Source: Candidatus Poribacteria bacterium
GTDB taxonomy: Bacteria > Poribacteria > WGA-4E > WGA-3G
DNA length: 64,000 nt
NCBI GenBank assembly: GCA_965198235.1
Contig: OZ240248.1
Coordinates: forward strand, 512,001 to 576,000
Reading direction: 5' to 3'
Below, piece by piece: positions 51,383 through 61,045 of the stretch. The notes beneath the pieces were generated by a model. It did not search any database. It saw only the letters and a list, made by a program, of their open reading frames with translations, and was not told the origin of the DNA. How positions within the stretch are numbered: the stretch's first letter is position 1; every line of letters begins with the position of its first letter. The position numbers and the translations under genes were made by a program.

Positions 51383-52414
51383 ATGGTATTTGAATCGCCA
51401 TTTTTTGACTCCCGCTCTCCAAAGAATGTAATCTTTTGCATAGGGGACGGTATGGGCTTTGAAGCAGTCAAAGCTGCGGGATATTATGCCTACGGTGAAA
51501 CAGGCACGCTGTCTTTTGAAGCGTTCCCACACCGCGCAGAAATGGCAACTTATGCAGCAAACTCACCTATGACAGATTCTGCCGCCGCCGCAACCGCTAT
51601 GGCAACGGGGCATAAAGTCAACAATGGTGTCATCAGTATGGAATTACCCGGCAGTGGTGCTCCATTGAAGACCCTCTTAGAAATTTCCAAGGCACAAGGC
51701 AAATCGACAGGACTCGTGTCGACTACCTACATCACCCACGCGACTCCCGCAGCATTTGCTGCACATAACCCACAACGCAACAACCTCGCTGATATTGCGC
51801 ATGATTACCTCCATCTCACTCGTCCAAACGTCCTATTGGGCGGTGGTGGTAATGGTCTCACTGAGAAAGATGCTGAAGCCGCAGGATATACTGTCGTGAC
51901 TGATCGAGAGGGGCTGTTGAACCTTGATACCGACACTGAAAACCCCGTTTCCGGACAGTTCGGCGATACGAATATCCCGTACATGTTTGATGGTCCCAAC
52001 GATTTGCCTCACCTGTCAGAGATGGTGACGGTGGCGGTGGACATTCTCTGTAACGCTCCAGAAGGCTTTTTCTTACTTGTTGAAGGGGGACGTATCGATC
52101 ATGCTGGACATTCTAATGACATTGAACGCAACATTTTAGAGACAATCGAGTTTTCCAAGACGGTACAAACCATTTTTGACCGCGTTGCTGGGCGAGATGA
52201 CACCCTTATTCTTGTCACTGCTGATCATGAGACAGGAGGCTTGAAAGTACATAAAAACAATGGTAAGGGGCATGTCCCCGAAATTTCTTGGAGCACAGGT
52301 GGGCACACCGTCAGCAATGTTCCGCTTTACGGGTGGGGTAGAAATGCTGAACAGGTGGGCAGCATCATGAACAATACAGACCTTATTAAGGTAGTGGGAT
52401 GTTTGTCTAACTGA
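51383..52414 (+). CDS. Alkaline phosphatase
   Basis: IGDGMG, TDSAAAATA, HATPAAF, VEGGRIDH, TADHETGG. Confidence 0.92.
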   Translation: MVFESPFFDSRSPKNVIFCIGDGMGFEAVKAAGYYAYGETGTLSFEAFPHRAEMATYAANSPMTDSAAAATAMATGHKVNNGVISMELPGSGAPLKTLLEISKAQGKSTGLVSTTYITHATPAAFAAHNPQRNNLADIAHDYLHLTRPNVLLGGGGNGLTEKDAEAAGYTVVTDREGLLNLDTDTENPVSGQFGDTNIPYMFDGPNDLPHLSEMVTVAVDILCNAPEGFFLLVEGGRIDHAGHSNDIERNILETIEFSKTVQTIFDRVAGRDDTLILVTADHETGGLKVHKNNGKGHVPEISWSTGGHTVSNVPLYGWGRNAEQVGSIMNNTDLIKVVGCLSN

Positions 52415-52504
52415 ATTCGTGGATGGTTCGCTGGAACTGGCTATAGAAACACCCGCCCAGAGGTGTTCAATTTTCAGTCTTCTTTGCATTGTATAGGAGG
52501 AGTC

Positions 52505-52526
52505 GCGATCAGGAGATCGCTCCTAC
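52505..52526 (-). repeat. GTAG-type REP-like palindrome
   Basis: Minus gtaggagcgatctcctgatcgc. Confidence 0.55.
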
Positions 52527-52615
52527 AGCCAAAATGTTCCGTAAATTTCCCTTGAGAAATCGCGATGAACCTGCTAAAATAGATGCCAATTCTTTTTAGA
52601 GTAGGGAGAAAATTT

Positions 52616-53476
52616 ATGGTTTACGGACAAGGTACACATCAATACACTGTGCAAGAGAATTGGTGGACACTTCCAGAGGGTTGGGAATTTGGTTGGATTC
52701 CCGCTGTTGCTGTTGATTCACAGGACCGCGTCTATGTTTACAGTCGCAGCGAGCATCCGATGATCGTCCTTGATCGGGATGGCAATTTTATTGACTCTTG
52801 GGGTGACGACATCCTCAAGGATGCCCACGGGATTTTCATCGATGCCGACGATAACATCTATTGTACGGAACGTGACACGCATGTCATGCGCAAGTTCAGT
52901 ACGAACGGTGAACTCCTGATGACGCTTGGCACGCCAGATGTCCCCGGTGCGGAAGGTGAACCCTTCAATCAACCGACGGATTTGGCACTCGGCCCCGATG
53001 GCGAAATGTATATCACCGACGGTTACGGCAACGCCCGCGTTCACAAATACTCGCCCGATGGTGAACTCATTAAATCGTGGGGACAGCCGGGTACAGGTCC
53101 CAGTGAATTTAATCTGCCGCATTGTGTCAGAGTCGATCCGCGCAATAGACTTATGGTCGCCGACCGGGAAAACAATCGCATCCAATTCTTTACCCTCGAT
53201 GGTGAGTACATTGAAGAATGGGGGGACTTGGCGCATCCAGACACAATCTACATTGACGAAGACGAACTCGTTTATATCGCCGAGTTGGATCAGCGTATCA
53301 CCATCATGACGTTGAATGGCGAGGTTGTCTCCCGATGGGGTAGCGAACGCGGCAGTGCTGTCCCCGGTGAATTTATGGCATGCCCACACGGGATCTGGTT
53401 GGATTCGCACGGCGATATGTACGTTGGTGAAGTTCAAGCAGACGCACGGCTTCAGAAATTCATTCGGCAACGGTAG
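52616..53476 (+). CDS. NHL-repeat peptidyl-alpha-hydroxyglycine lyase-like protein
   Basis: AHGI, FNQPTD, DGYGNARV, FNLPH, ADRENNRIQ.F. Confidence 0.88.
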   Translation: MVYGQGTHQYTVQENWWTLPEGWEFGWIPAVAVDSQDRVYVYSRSEHPMIVLDRDGNFIDSWGDDILKDAHGIFIDADDNIYCTERDTHVMRKFSTNGELLMTLGTPDVPGAEGEPFNQPTDLALGPDGEMYITDGYGNARVHKYSPDGELIKSWGQPGTGPSEFNLPHCVRVDPRNRLMVADRENNRIQFFTLDGEYIEEWGDLAHPDTIYIDEDELVYIAELDQRITIMTLNGEVVSRWGSERGSAVPGEFMACPHGIWLDSHGDMYVGEVQADARLQKFIRQR

Positions 53477-53531
53477 CACCGGTTTTCTAAGGCAAAGTTT
53501 TTACATTGTCCCATTGTTAGTCTAAATTATT

Positions 53532-53558
53532 GTAGGGCGAGGTCTCTGTGCCTCGCCC
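53532..53558 (+). repeat. GTAG-type REP-like palindrome
   Basis: gtagggcgagg-tctctgtg-cctcgccc. Confidence 0.55.
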
Positions 53559-53582
53559 GTTACTACATTCAGGTTGAGCATT

Positions 53583-55004
53583 ATGGCAGAAAGTTTCTCG
53601 TTTTTCCAGAAAGTGAATAGGGATTTTGATAAAGCTGCCCAATTCACCGAATATCCGCCAGGACTTTTAGAGCAGATAAAGATTTGTAATAACTCCTGCC
53701 ATTTCACGTTTCCGATAAAACGGGACGACGGGACTATTCAAACCATTCATGGATGGCGCGCGGAGCATAGCCACCATAGCCTCCCAACGAAAGGTGGCAT
53801 CCGTTACAGTACCCTCGTCAACGAAGATGAGATAATGGCACTGGCGGCGTTGATGACCTACAAGTGCGCACTTGTTGATGTACCATTTGGCGGTGCCAAA
53901 GGTGGCATTCAATTGGATAGACGCGAATATTCAGAAAGTGAATTGGAGCGTATCACCCGCCGTTACACCTATGAATTAATCCAGAAGAATTACATCGGAC
54001 CCGGGGTAGATGTGCCAGCACCGGATTTCGGAACTGGTGAGACTGAGATGGCGTGGATTCTGGATACTTATATGACAATGGCACCTGATAAACTTAATGC
54101 TATCGCATGTGTAACAGGCAAACCGATCGAACAAAACGGGATTCATGGGCGGAGAGAGGCTACCGGGCGCGGTGTTGTTTTCGGCTTGCAAGAGGCATGT
54201 AGTGTCGCCGATGATATGCAGCAGGTTGGATTATCGCCGGGCTTACAAGGCAAAAGCGTCGTTATTCAAGGCTTTGGTAATGTCGGCTACCATGCTGCCA
54301 AGTTTCTGATGGAGGCGGATGCACACGTTATCGGGATTATTGAGCGAAATGGTGGCATCTATGATGTACACGGATTTGATGTCGAAAAAGTTGCTATGCA
54401 TCGTGCAGAGACAGGGTCAATCCAGGGGTATCCGGGTGCTGAACTTATTGAAAACCCGAACGATGGTTTGGAGTTGGCGTGCGATATCCTCGTGCCAGCC
54501 GCGCTTGAGAATCAACTCACAGCAGCAAACGCGCCCCGAATCAAAGCCACTATTATCGCCGAAGCCGCGAATGGACCCACAACACCGGCTGCCGATGAAA
54601 TTTTCCAAAAACGAGGGATCTTGATTATACCAGATACCTTTCTCAACGCTGGTGGTGTCACTGTCTCCTATTTCGAGTGGCTTCGGAATCTGTCGCATGT
54701 ACAATTTGGGAGGCTCGGTAAACGGTTTGAGGACCAAACCCAACACGCGATGCGCCGTGCTGTCGAGAAAGCGACTGGCTATAAATTCTCAGAAGATGAA
54801 CTTGAGTTGATACACGGTGCCGATGAGGAGGACCTCGTAAACTCTGGACTTCAGGATACAATGATAACTGCCTATCAGGAGATGCGTGAAACCTGCATGT
54901 ATTACAGCAGCAAAAACGGTGCTGTGGATTACCGAACGGCGGCATTTATCAATGCCATCCATAGAATTGCGAAATCCTATATGCAGCTGGGTATTTTCCC
55001 ATAA
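53583..55004 (+). CDS. gdhA: Glu/Leu/Phe/Val (glutamate) dehydrogenase
   Basis: [59 protein letters not shown]. Confidence 0.9.
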   Translation: MAESFSFFQKVNRDFDKAAQFTEYPPGLLEQIKICNNSCHFTFPIKRDDGTIQTIHGWRAEHSHHSLPTKGGIRYSTLVNEDEIMALAALMTYKCALVDVPFGGAKGGIQLDRREYSESELERITRRYTYELIQKNYIGPGVDVPAPDFGTGETEMAWILDTYMTMAPDKLNAIACVTGKPIEQNGIHGRREATGRGVVFGLQEACSVADDMQQVGLSPGLQGKSVVIQGFGNVGYHAAKFLMEADAHVIGIIERNGGIYDVHGFDVEKVAMHRAETGSIQGYPGAELIENPNDGLELACDILVPAALENQLTAANAPRIKATIIAEAANGPTTPAADEIFQKRGILIIPDTFLNAGGVTVSYFEWLRNLSHVQFGRLGKRFEDQTQHAMRRAVEKATGYKFSEDELELIHGADEEDLVNSGLQDTMITAYQEMRETCMYYSSKNGAVDYRTAAFINAIHRIAKSYMQLGIFP

Positions 55005-55069
55005 AAGGAACGGAGGGATCGCGTTTTTTCTTAATAATCACGTTGCCATTCGCGAAAGGAGGGATACAA

Positions 55070-55675
55070 ATGGCTTATAGCAACTTTACATTAGCAGCGG
55101 TGTTGTCAACCTTTCAATTGGAAAAGGTTGAATCTATCGGTCTCTTTTCTGACAGCGAACCTGTGACACCGCGCCCCTATTTTACAGCGGAACTCGCAAA
55201 AAAGGTGCCGTTAGCAGCTGCCATCGGGACAGAGAAGGCCCGCTCGGAACTGATTGTTGCTGATGTCCTGTTTGAACTCCGCGAAATCTCAGAAGACCGA
55301 ATCAGTCTCTTTTCTGGGATCGACTTCAACGTTGATGCCGAACACGACTTGACAGGTGTATGCGATTTTTTGGTCAGTTTGTCGCCAGGACAAACTGTTT
55401 TAGAGGCACCCGTCATCATGCTCGTTGAGGCAAAAAAGGAGGACTTGATCGGCGGACTTGGGCAATGTGTCGCAGAGATGCTTGCCGCCCAATGGTTTAA
55501 TGCAGAAAAAGGAAATAACGTCTCCTGCACTTACGGGACTGTTACTTCAGGGACAGACTGGCTATTTCTCAAATTGGAGGCAAAGTGTTTGCACATTGAT
55601 TTAACCATCTACCAAATCGCGCAATGCAATAAAATCCTTGGTATCCTTACGAACATGGTCGCTCAAAAAGCGTGA
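55070..55675 (+). CDS. Hypothetical PD-(D/E)XK-like protein
   Basis: TEKARSE, G.CDF, VEAKK, GQCVAEM, YG.VTSG..W.F; AGGAGG SD. Confidence 0.75.
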   Translation: MAYSNFTLAAVLSTFQLEKVESIGLFSDSEPVTPRPYFTAELAKKVPLAAAIGTEKARSELIVADVLFELREISEDRISLFSGIDFNVDAEHDLTGVCDFLVSLSPGQTVLEAPVIMLVEAKKEDLIGGLGQCVAEMLAAQWFNAEKGNNVSCTYGTVTSGTDWLFLKLEAKCLHIDLTIYQIAQCNKILGILTNMVAQKA

Positions 55676-55706
55676 GACATTCGCGTACCCTTTTATGGAG
55701 AAAAAA

Positions 55707-56459
55707 ATGATAGCGTTAAGTGTGAATGTAAACAAAATCGCGACACTGCGAAACTCCCGAGGTGGCGATATTCCGGATGTGCTCACCGCTGTCGATACCT
55801 GCATCGCCGCTGGCGCGCAAGGTATTACTGTACATCCGCGCGAAGACCAACGCCATATCACCCCGGCAGATGTACAGGACATCGCTGAACGATTAACAGA
55901 AATCAATACTCAAGAATCACCCAACATTGAATACAATATCGAAGGCGATCCGAGACCCGACCTTATCGATATGGTGCTACGTACAAAACCGACACAGTGC
56001 ACGCTCGTTCCGGTTGTCGTAGGTGAAATAACAAGCCACACCGTCTGGGACATCCGCAAAGATGGCGATACGTTGAGATCGATCATCGAAGCGTTAAAAA
56101 ATGCAAATATCCGTGTGAGTCTATTTAGTGGAACTGATGTGGAACAGATAGCGAGAACGCGCGACATCGGCGCAGACAGAATTGAACTTTATACCGCACT
56201 TTACGCGATGGCACAGACAAAGCCGGAAATTGAACATGAATTTGCATTATTGGAAAATGCGGCGACGAAAGCGGTGGATTTAGGGCTTGGTGTCAACGCA
56301 GGACACGACCTTAATCTTGAAAACTTACCGTTGATGCAGAAATTATCGGGACTCCTTGAAGTCTCCATTGGGCATCATCTGATGGCGGACGCGCTCTACA
56401 TTGGATTGGAAGCCGCAGTCAAAGCCTATCGACGTGTGCTGGGGCAGCAGACGACATGA
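55707..56459 (+). CDS. pdxJ: Pyridoxine 5'-phosphate synthase
   Basis: LSVNVNKIATLRNSR, GITVHPREDQRHI, VNAGHDL, EVSIGH. Confidence 0.95.
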   Translation: MIALSVNVNKIATLRNSRGGDIPDVLTAVDTCIAAGAQGITVHPREDQRHITPADVQDIAERLTEINTQESPNIEYNIEGDPRPDLIDMVLRTKPTQCTLVPVVVGEITSHTVWDIRKDGDTLRSIIEALKNANIRVSLFSGTDVEQIARTRDIGADRIELYTALYAMAQTKPEIEHEFALLENAATKAVDLGLGVNAGHDLNLENLPLMQKLSGLLEVSIGHHLMADALYIGLEAAVKAYRRVLGQQTT

Positions 56460-57097
56460 CAGAATCCAAAACATGTGCCATTTTCGATTTAGATGGCACG
56501 ATCATCCGACTCTCTTCAGAGCAGTTTTTTTTGACGTATCTGTTGAACCACGGCGAGATCCCTATACCGAATTTACTTGCGTGGACATTCAATTTTCTGA
56601 AGGTTAAGTCCCTACCAGTGGCGAAATCTAACAAAATCTACCTCCGTGGTTTAGAACAGGATCGCATCTATGAGATTGCACACCGCTGTTTTGTTGACAC
56701 ATTGCGTGCGAGTATCGCGCCTCACATTTCCGAATTGATATATGCCCACCGTGCTGAAGGACGAACAGTTATTCTCATGTCGGGTTCGTTGTCGTTCCTC
56801 GTTCAACCGTTCCATGAGCATTTTCAAACCGATATGATGGTTGCTCACGAGTTGGAAGTGGCTGACGGAAAGTTTACGGGACAGCGCATCGGACTACACC
56901 CTTTCGCGGAAAATAAAGCGAAACTCGCCCAACACCTCGCGACCGAACACGGGTTTGATCTGAGTGGTTCCTACGCATACGGAAATCACCACACGGATGC
57001 ATACAAACTGGAATTGTTCGGACATCCGGTTGCTGTCAATCCAGACCGGCAACTTAGGCGCATCGCGACAGAAAAGGGTTGGCACATAGAAGAATGA
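56456..57097 (+). CDS. HAD-IB family hydrolase
   Basis: FDLDGT, MSGS, SYAYG, PVAVNPD; 4-bp overlap with pdxJ. Confidence 0.88.
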   Translation: MTESKTCAIFDLDGTIIRLSSEQFFLTYLLNHGEIPIPNLLAWTFNFLKVKSLPVAKSNKIYLRGLEQDRIYEIAHRCFVDTLRASIAPHISELIYAHRAEGRTVILMSGSLSFLVQPFHEHFQTDMMVAHELEVADGKFTGQRIGLHPFAENKAKLAQHLATEHGFDLSGSYAYGNHHTDAYKLELFGHPVAVNPDRQLRRIATEKGWHIEE

Positions 57098-57112
57098 CTT
57101 CAGGAGACGGAT

Positions 57113-57850
57113 GTGAAAAAATCCGTGCCGAACATGATGCGACTTGAAAAGTATATTGCTACATCAGGAATCGCCTCCCGACGGGCAGTGAAAAGGAACA
57201 TCCAAGCCGGTTTAGTCACTGTCAACGGCGAACCGGTTTTGGTTCCGGGACACCCGATTAACATAGAGACTGATTCTGTTGAGTTTGAGGGGAAACAGGT
57301 CGAGCCGTTAGCAGAACACATCTATCTGATGCTAAATAAACCCGCAGGCTGCCTAACGACGCGCCGCGATGAACGCGGACGACCTACCGTCATGGATCTC
57401 GTTGCAGATCTGCCCGATACTCTCTATCCTGTCGGACGCCTGGATTTGGAGACCGAGGGACTTCTCCTCTTCACAAATGATGGAGACTTTGCTTATCGGT
57501 TGCTACATCCGAGCCATGAAGTAGAGAAAACTTATCTCGTGTGGGTGAAGGGTGTGCCGCGCGACGACGCGATTCAACAGTTGCGTCAGGGTGTTACGAT
57601 TCCGAGCGGAACAACGGCACCAGCGAAGGTCAAGCGTTTAAGAGTAAGTAAGGACAGCGCGACAACGAAATTTGAGATGGTGATTCACGAGGGAAAGAAA
57701 CGGCAGGTACGTTTAATGTTTAAAGCCGTCGGACATCCGGTAATCCGTTTGAAGCGGGTCCGAATCGGTAATTTGCGGTTAGGCAATCTTCCGTCTGGAC
57801 AGTATCGATTTCTAAGCCCAGGGGAGATCTCTGAGTTGATGTTATTGTAG
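57113..57850 (+). CDS. rluB: rRNA pseudouridine synthase (RsuA/RluB family)
   Basis: S4 domain, LNKPAG, PVGRLD..TEGLLL.TNDG, HEGKKRQVR. Confidence 0.85.
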   Translation: MKKSVPNMMRLEKYIATSGIASRRAVKRNIQAGLVTVNGEPVLVPGHPINIETDSVEFEGKQVEPLAEHIYLMLNKPAGCLTTRRDERGRPTVMDLVADLPDTLYPVGRLDLETEGLLLFTNDGDFAYRLLHPSHEVEKTYLVWVKGVPRDDAIQQLRQGVTIPSGTTAPAKVKRLRVSKDSATTKFEMVIHEGKKRQVRLMFKAVGHPVIRLKRVRIGNLRLGNLPSGQYRFLSPGEISELMLL

Positions 57851-57873
57851 ATGCGGTTAGAAACCGCATCTAC
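57847..57873. repeat. GTAG REP-like perfect palindrome between convergent genes (possible bidirectional terminator)
   Basis: gtagatgcggtt-aga-aaccgcatctac, 12-bp perfect stem. Confidence 0.7.
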
Positions 57874-57882
57874 CGGAAATTG

Positions 57883-58797
57883 TTAGTTGGAACTCGCCAA
57901 ATCTTTGACCCGTTCCAGCATTCCTTCGGCATTCTGCCTTATGTTCTCGTCCTTAGCATGGTGGGATAACTTCTCAAGCACGGCGATCGCGTCTTCAAAA
58001 TTCCCCTTGATGGCGTATGTTACGCCGAGATAGTATTGGGCGGGTTCATAGGCTTTGCTTTTCGGGTACGTGTCTATGACGGTTTTGAAGTGAGAGACAG
58101 CCTTTTCAAAGTACGTCTCCGCTTCTTCGCTGTTTTCAAGCATAGACCCTTCAACGAGCGTGCCGTAAGCGAGTCCCAATTGGTTGTGCAGGTTTGGGAT
58201 GAGCTTCGTGCGGTTTTTCGGATCATGCTCAAACGCTTTCTCACTGAACGAGACTGCTTTTTCAAGCTGCTTCCGTTCGAGGTAGGTAAGCGCGACTTGA
58301 GTGTTGAGTTTGGCATCGTCCGGTTTCTTTTTCAGTTCGTCGAGTTTCTTCGAAAAGACTCCCTCTTTTGCCAAAGCATCTTGCATAATCGGCGAAAACT
58401 GTTCCGGTGTGAGAAATCCTGAAGCCTTTTGGATGAGACCTCCATCTGGGCTGACGAACAGGACTGCTGGGTAAGCAGTGACACCGTACCGACTCCGCGT
58501 CTCTTCATTGATAGGATAATTCTTATCTTCTGGATTCACTTTGACGGGAACAAACTTTTCAGAAAGTTCAATAATGCGTGCATCCGTAAACGTTTCGGCA
58601 TCCAGCCGCTTACAGAACCCTCACCAATCGGTGTAGAAGTCCATCATCATCGGTTTGCCGATCTTCTCGGCTTTTGTCATGCCGTCCTCAAGCGTTTTTT
58701 CCCATTTAACTTCCTCGCTCGCGATGAGCGCGGGGACTGTGCCTACCATCAGCAGCAGGACACCGAGTGATATGCGGCGAAAAACAGTATTAAACAT
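57883..58797 (-). CDS. Exported thioredoxin-TPR selenoprotein (WUGFC; Sec at codon 59)
   Basis: AAGGAG SD, ATG 58797, signal peptide, KPMMMDFYTDW-TGA-GFCKRL in one frame with the 218-aa ORF (YGV..YP..LF..DG, TPRs). Confidence 0.85.
58583..58616 (-). promoter_or_regulatory. Bacterial SECIS-like hairpin
   Basis: After UGA: tctgtaag/tttacgga lower stem, cggc-TGGAT-gccg apical stem-loop with the loop starting 17 nt downstream. Confidence 0.65.
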
Positions 58798-59023
58798 TAG
58801 TTTTCTCCTTTTTTGTTTAATAACGCTTTAATTTCCTTACAACTTCATTAATTTCAGTAGAGCGTGCCTCATAAATAAGATGTTTGGGGTTCATTCAATC
58901 AACCGTTACCTACAAACTGAAACAAGGGTAATCAATTGTGCCATACAAACCTCAAAATCGGGCTTACAAGGTTCCCCTCCCACGATTTATGAGATAGACT
59001 GTAGTATTATTAGTGCATTTGTA

Positions 59024-59224
59024 CTACTCTTCAGTTGCAGTCTCTTCTTCGCTCTGCTCAAGTGCAGCTGCGCTGGTTGTTTTGCTCGATAGCGTTGTCC
59101 GACACTTGAAACAGGTAATAATAATTCGGACGAGCTCTTTCTGTCTGCCAACGTAGGACTGCTTCTGCTCTGTTTGTACGTGCCTTTGGCAGCGAGGGCA
59201 CCACTGTTGTTTTGCCCCTAACAT
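59024..59224 (-). CDS. Small CxxC..CxxC zinc-ribbon protein
   Basis: CPRC and CFKC; AAAGGAG SD; co-oriented with mnmE. Confidence 0.65.
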   Translation of the reverse strand: MLGAKQQWCPRCQRHVQTEQKQSYVGRQKELVRIIITCFKCRTTLSSKTTSAAALEQSEEETATEE

Positions 59225-59320
59225 GATTCACTCCTTTGTGAGGGTGTGTCCAGAATCAATGCCCTCTGCTCGCATGCAAGAAATAGACACACCTAATCAC
59301 GGTAAAAGTTCTCATTTTGT

Positions 59321-60709
59321 TCACTTTCCGACGCAGAACTGAGAGAAGATTCTATCCAAAATATCTTCAGTTGTTGTCTTACCGACAATGTCTCCGAGAC
59401 CGTCCAAACTGATTCGCAGATCGACAGCGACGAGATCGGGGGGCATACCGTTTTCGAGACTCTCTATCGCATAATTGAGTCCTTCGTTTGCGCGGCGGAG
59501 TGCTTCTTGGTGGCGAGCGTTTGTGACAATCGGCGATTCACCGACGACCCATTCGCCTCCAAGTAATTCCTCACAGATCGTAGATTTTAGGGCATCGAGC
59601 CCTTTGCCCTCAGGAATCGCTGTCTCGACAACCTGTTTTTTAGGACAGCGCACAAGCAATGTCGTTGATGGCGTCACAACCGGTAGATCCACCTTATTGA
59701 GAATAAGAATTGCCTTGGCTGATTGCGCCGTCTGTAAGAGTTCCAAGTCTGCGTTGTTCAGCGGTTGCGAGGCATCAAACATCAACAGTAGCAGTTCTGC
59801 CCTGTCAAGCACCGCTTTGCTCCGTTCAACACCTTGTTGTTCTACAATGTCATCTGTCGGTCGAATCCCGGCGGTATCAATGAGTTTCAACGGGATACCA
59901 TTGACGCTAATCGTTTCCTCAATTGTATCGCGTGTCGTGCCGGGTATGTCTGTAACGATTGCACGTGTTGCTCCAACGAGCGCATTGAGCAGACTTGATT
60001 TTCCGACGTTCGGTTTACCCAATATAGCGACATTGACACCTTCTGTGATAATCCTACCTTCTGCGGCAGTGTCGAGCAGTGCCGTTAAGTCGGTCTGAAC
60101 AGCACGCGCCGTTTCGAGTTGTGTCTCCATCTTCATGAAATCCAGGTCTTCCTCGGGGAAGTCGATGGATGCTTCAATTTCTGCGAGCAAACCAGCGAGT
60201 CGGTCGCTGAGGGAATTTACAGTATCAGAGAGTTTTCCGGCGAGTGCCTCTATAGCGATTTTTCGGCTTAAGTCTGTTTTTGAGGCGATGAGTTCGGCGA
60301 CCGCTTCCGCTTGTGCTAAATCCAGTCTTCCGTTGAGGAAGGCACGTTTTGTAAATTCTCCGGGTTCGGCGACCCGTGCCCCACTCTTCACCACCAAGTC
60401 CAACACTGCTGTGAGTGTTACGATTCCGCCGTGGCAGTTAAATTCGACGATGTCTTCACCGGTATATGTCTTTGGTGCGTGCATGATGCCGAGTAACACT
60501 TCGTCGATGACATTATCGGATGCGTTTGTATCTATGACGTGTCCGTATGTAAGCGTATGCGTTGACAGTTCTGTGGGAGACACGCCGTGCGGTGATCGGA
60601 ACAATTCAACGGCGATCGGTAGGGCAAGGTCACCACTCACTCGGACGATCCCGATGCCGGCTTCACCCCGTGCCGTTGCGATGGCTGTAATCGTATCGTG
60701 GAAATTCAT
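59321..60709 (-). CDS. mnmE: tRNA modification GTPase MnmE
   Basis: DTITAIAT, PGEFTKRAFLNG, GKPNVGKSS, GTTRD, DTAG, FCVGK. Confidence 0.98.
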   Translation of the reverse strand: MNFHDTITAIATARGEAGIGIVRVSGDLALPIAVELFRSPHGVSPTELSTHTLTYGHVIDTNASDNVIDEVLLGIMHAPKTYTGEDIVEFNCHGGIVTLTAVLDLVVKSGARVAEPGEFTKRAFLNGRLDLAQAEAVAELIASKTDLSRKIAIEALAGKLSDTVNSLSDRLAGLLAEIEASIDFPEEDLDFMKMETQLETARAVQTDLTALLDTAAEGRIITEGVNVAILGKPNVGKSSLLNALVGATRAIVTDIPGTTRDTIEETISVNGIPLKLIDTAGIRPTDDIVEQQGVERSKAVLDRAELLLLMFDASQPLNNADLELLQTAQSAKAILILNKVDLPVVTPSTTLLVRCPKKQVVETAIPEGKGLDALKSTICEELLGGEWVVGESPIVTNARHQEALRRANEGLNYAIESLENGMPPDLVAVDLRISLDGLGDIVGKTTTEDILDRIFSQFCVGK

Positions 60710-60738
60710 AGAATAGTTATCAGTCGTCAGTTGTCAGT

Positions 60739-60793
60739 TTTAACCATCAACTCGTGCTTTAACATTTATAACGGAGGCGAGTTGATGGTTAAA
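60739..60793. repeat. 16-bp perfect inverted repeat
   Basis: tttaaccatcaactcg / cgagttgatggttaaa. Confidence 0.7.
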
Positions 60794-60815
60794 GTTAAGT
60801 GTGTGGTGACGGCAA

Positions 60816-60960
60816 TTGACATACTCCCCCGCTAAAGCAGGGGGTTCTTGAATCCCGCTTGCGCGAGGTGGATTGTGGGATCAACAAGGGTTGCTTGCGA
60901 TAGCAAGTCTAACACCCTCTCCTCCAAATGAATTAGCGGGTTTTAGACTCGGAAACTTTG
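60816..60960 (-). mobile_element. Non-autonomous mini IS200/IS605 element retaining a TnpB omega-RNA-like right end
   Basis: Minus: TTTAT|caaag..aaaacccgctaattcatt..ggagagggtgttagac..caagaaccccctgctttagcgggggagtatgTCAA; no ORF. Confidence 0.7.
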
Positions 60961-61045
60961 ATAAACGTAACTGCCACAAACATCTCTTTAACTGAAAACT
61001 GTTCTCACTGCGAAGCATGAAGACTGACGCCCATTCCCCGTTCAC

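Noticed and set aside
52718-53479. 253-aa antisense ORF and similar long antisense ORFs (59475-60716, 45416-46075, 8302-8946)
   Set aside because: Shadows opposite well-supported genes.
58621-58623. Genome-wide UGA reassignment to Trp or Gly
   Set aside because: UGA terminates intact genes here (mnmE after FCVGK, glnE), and the single in-frame UGA falls on a catalytic Cys position, which favours Sec.
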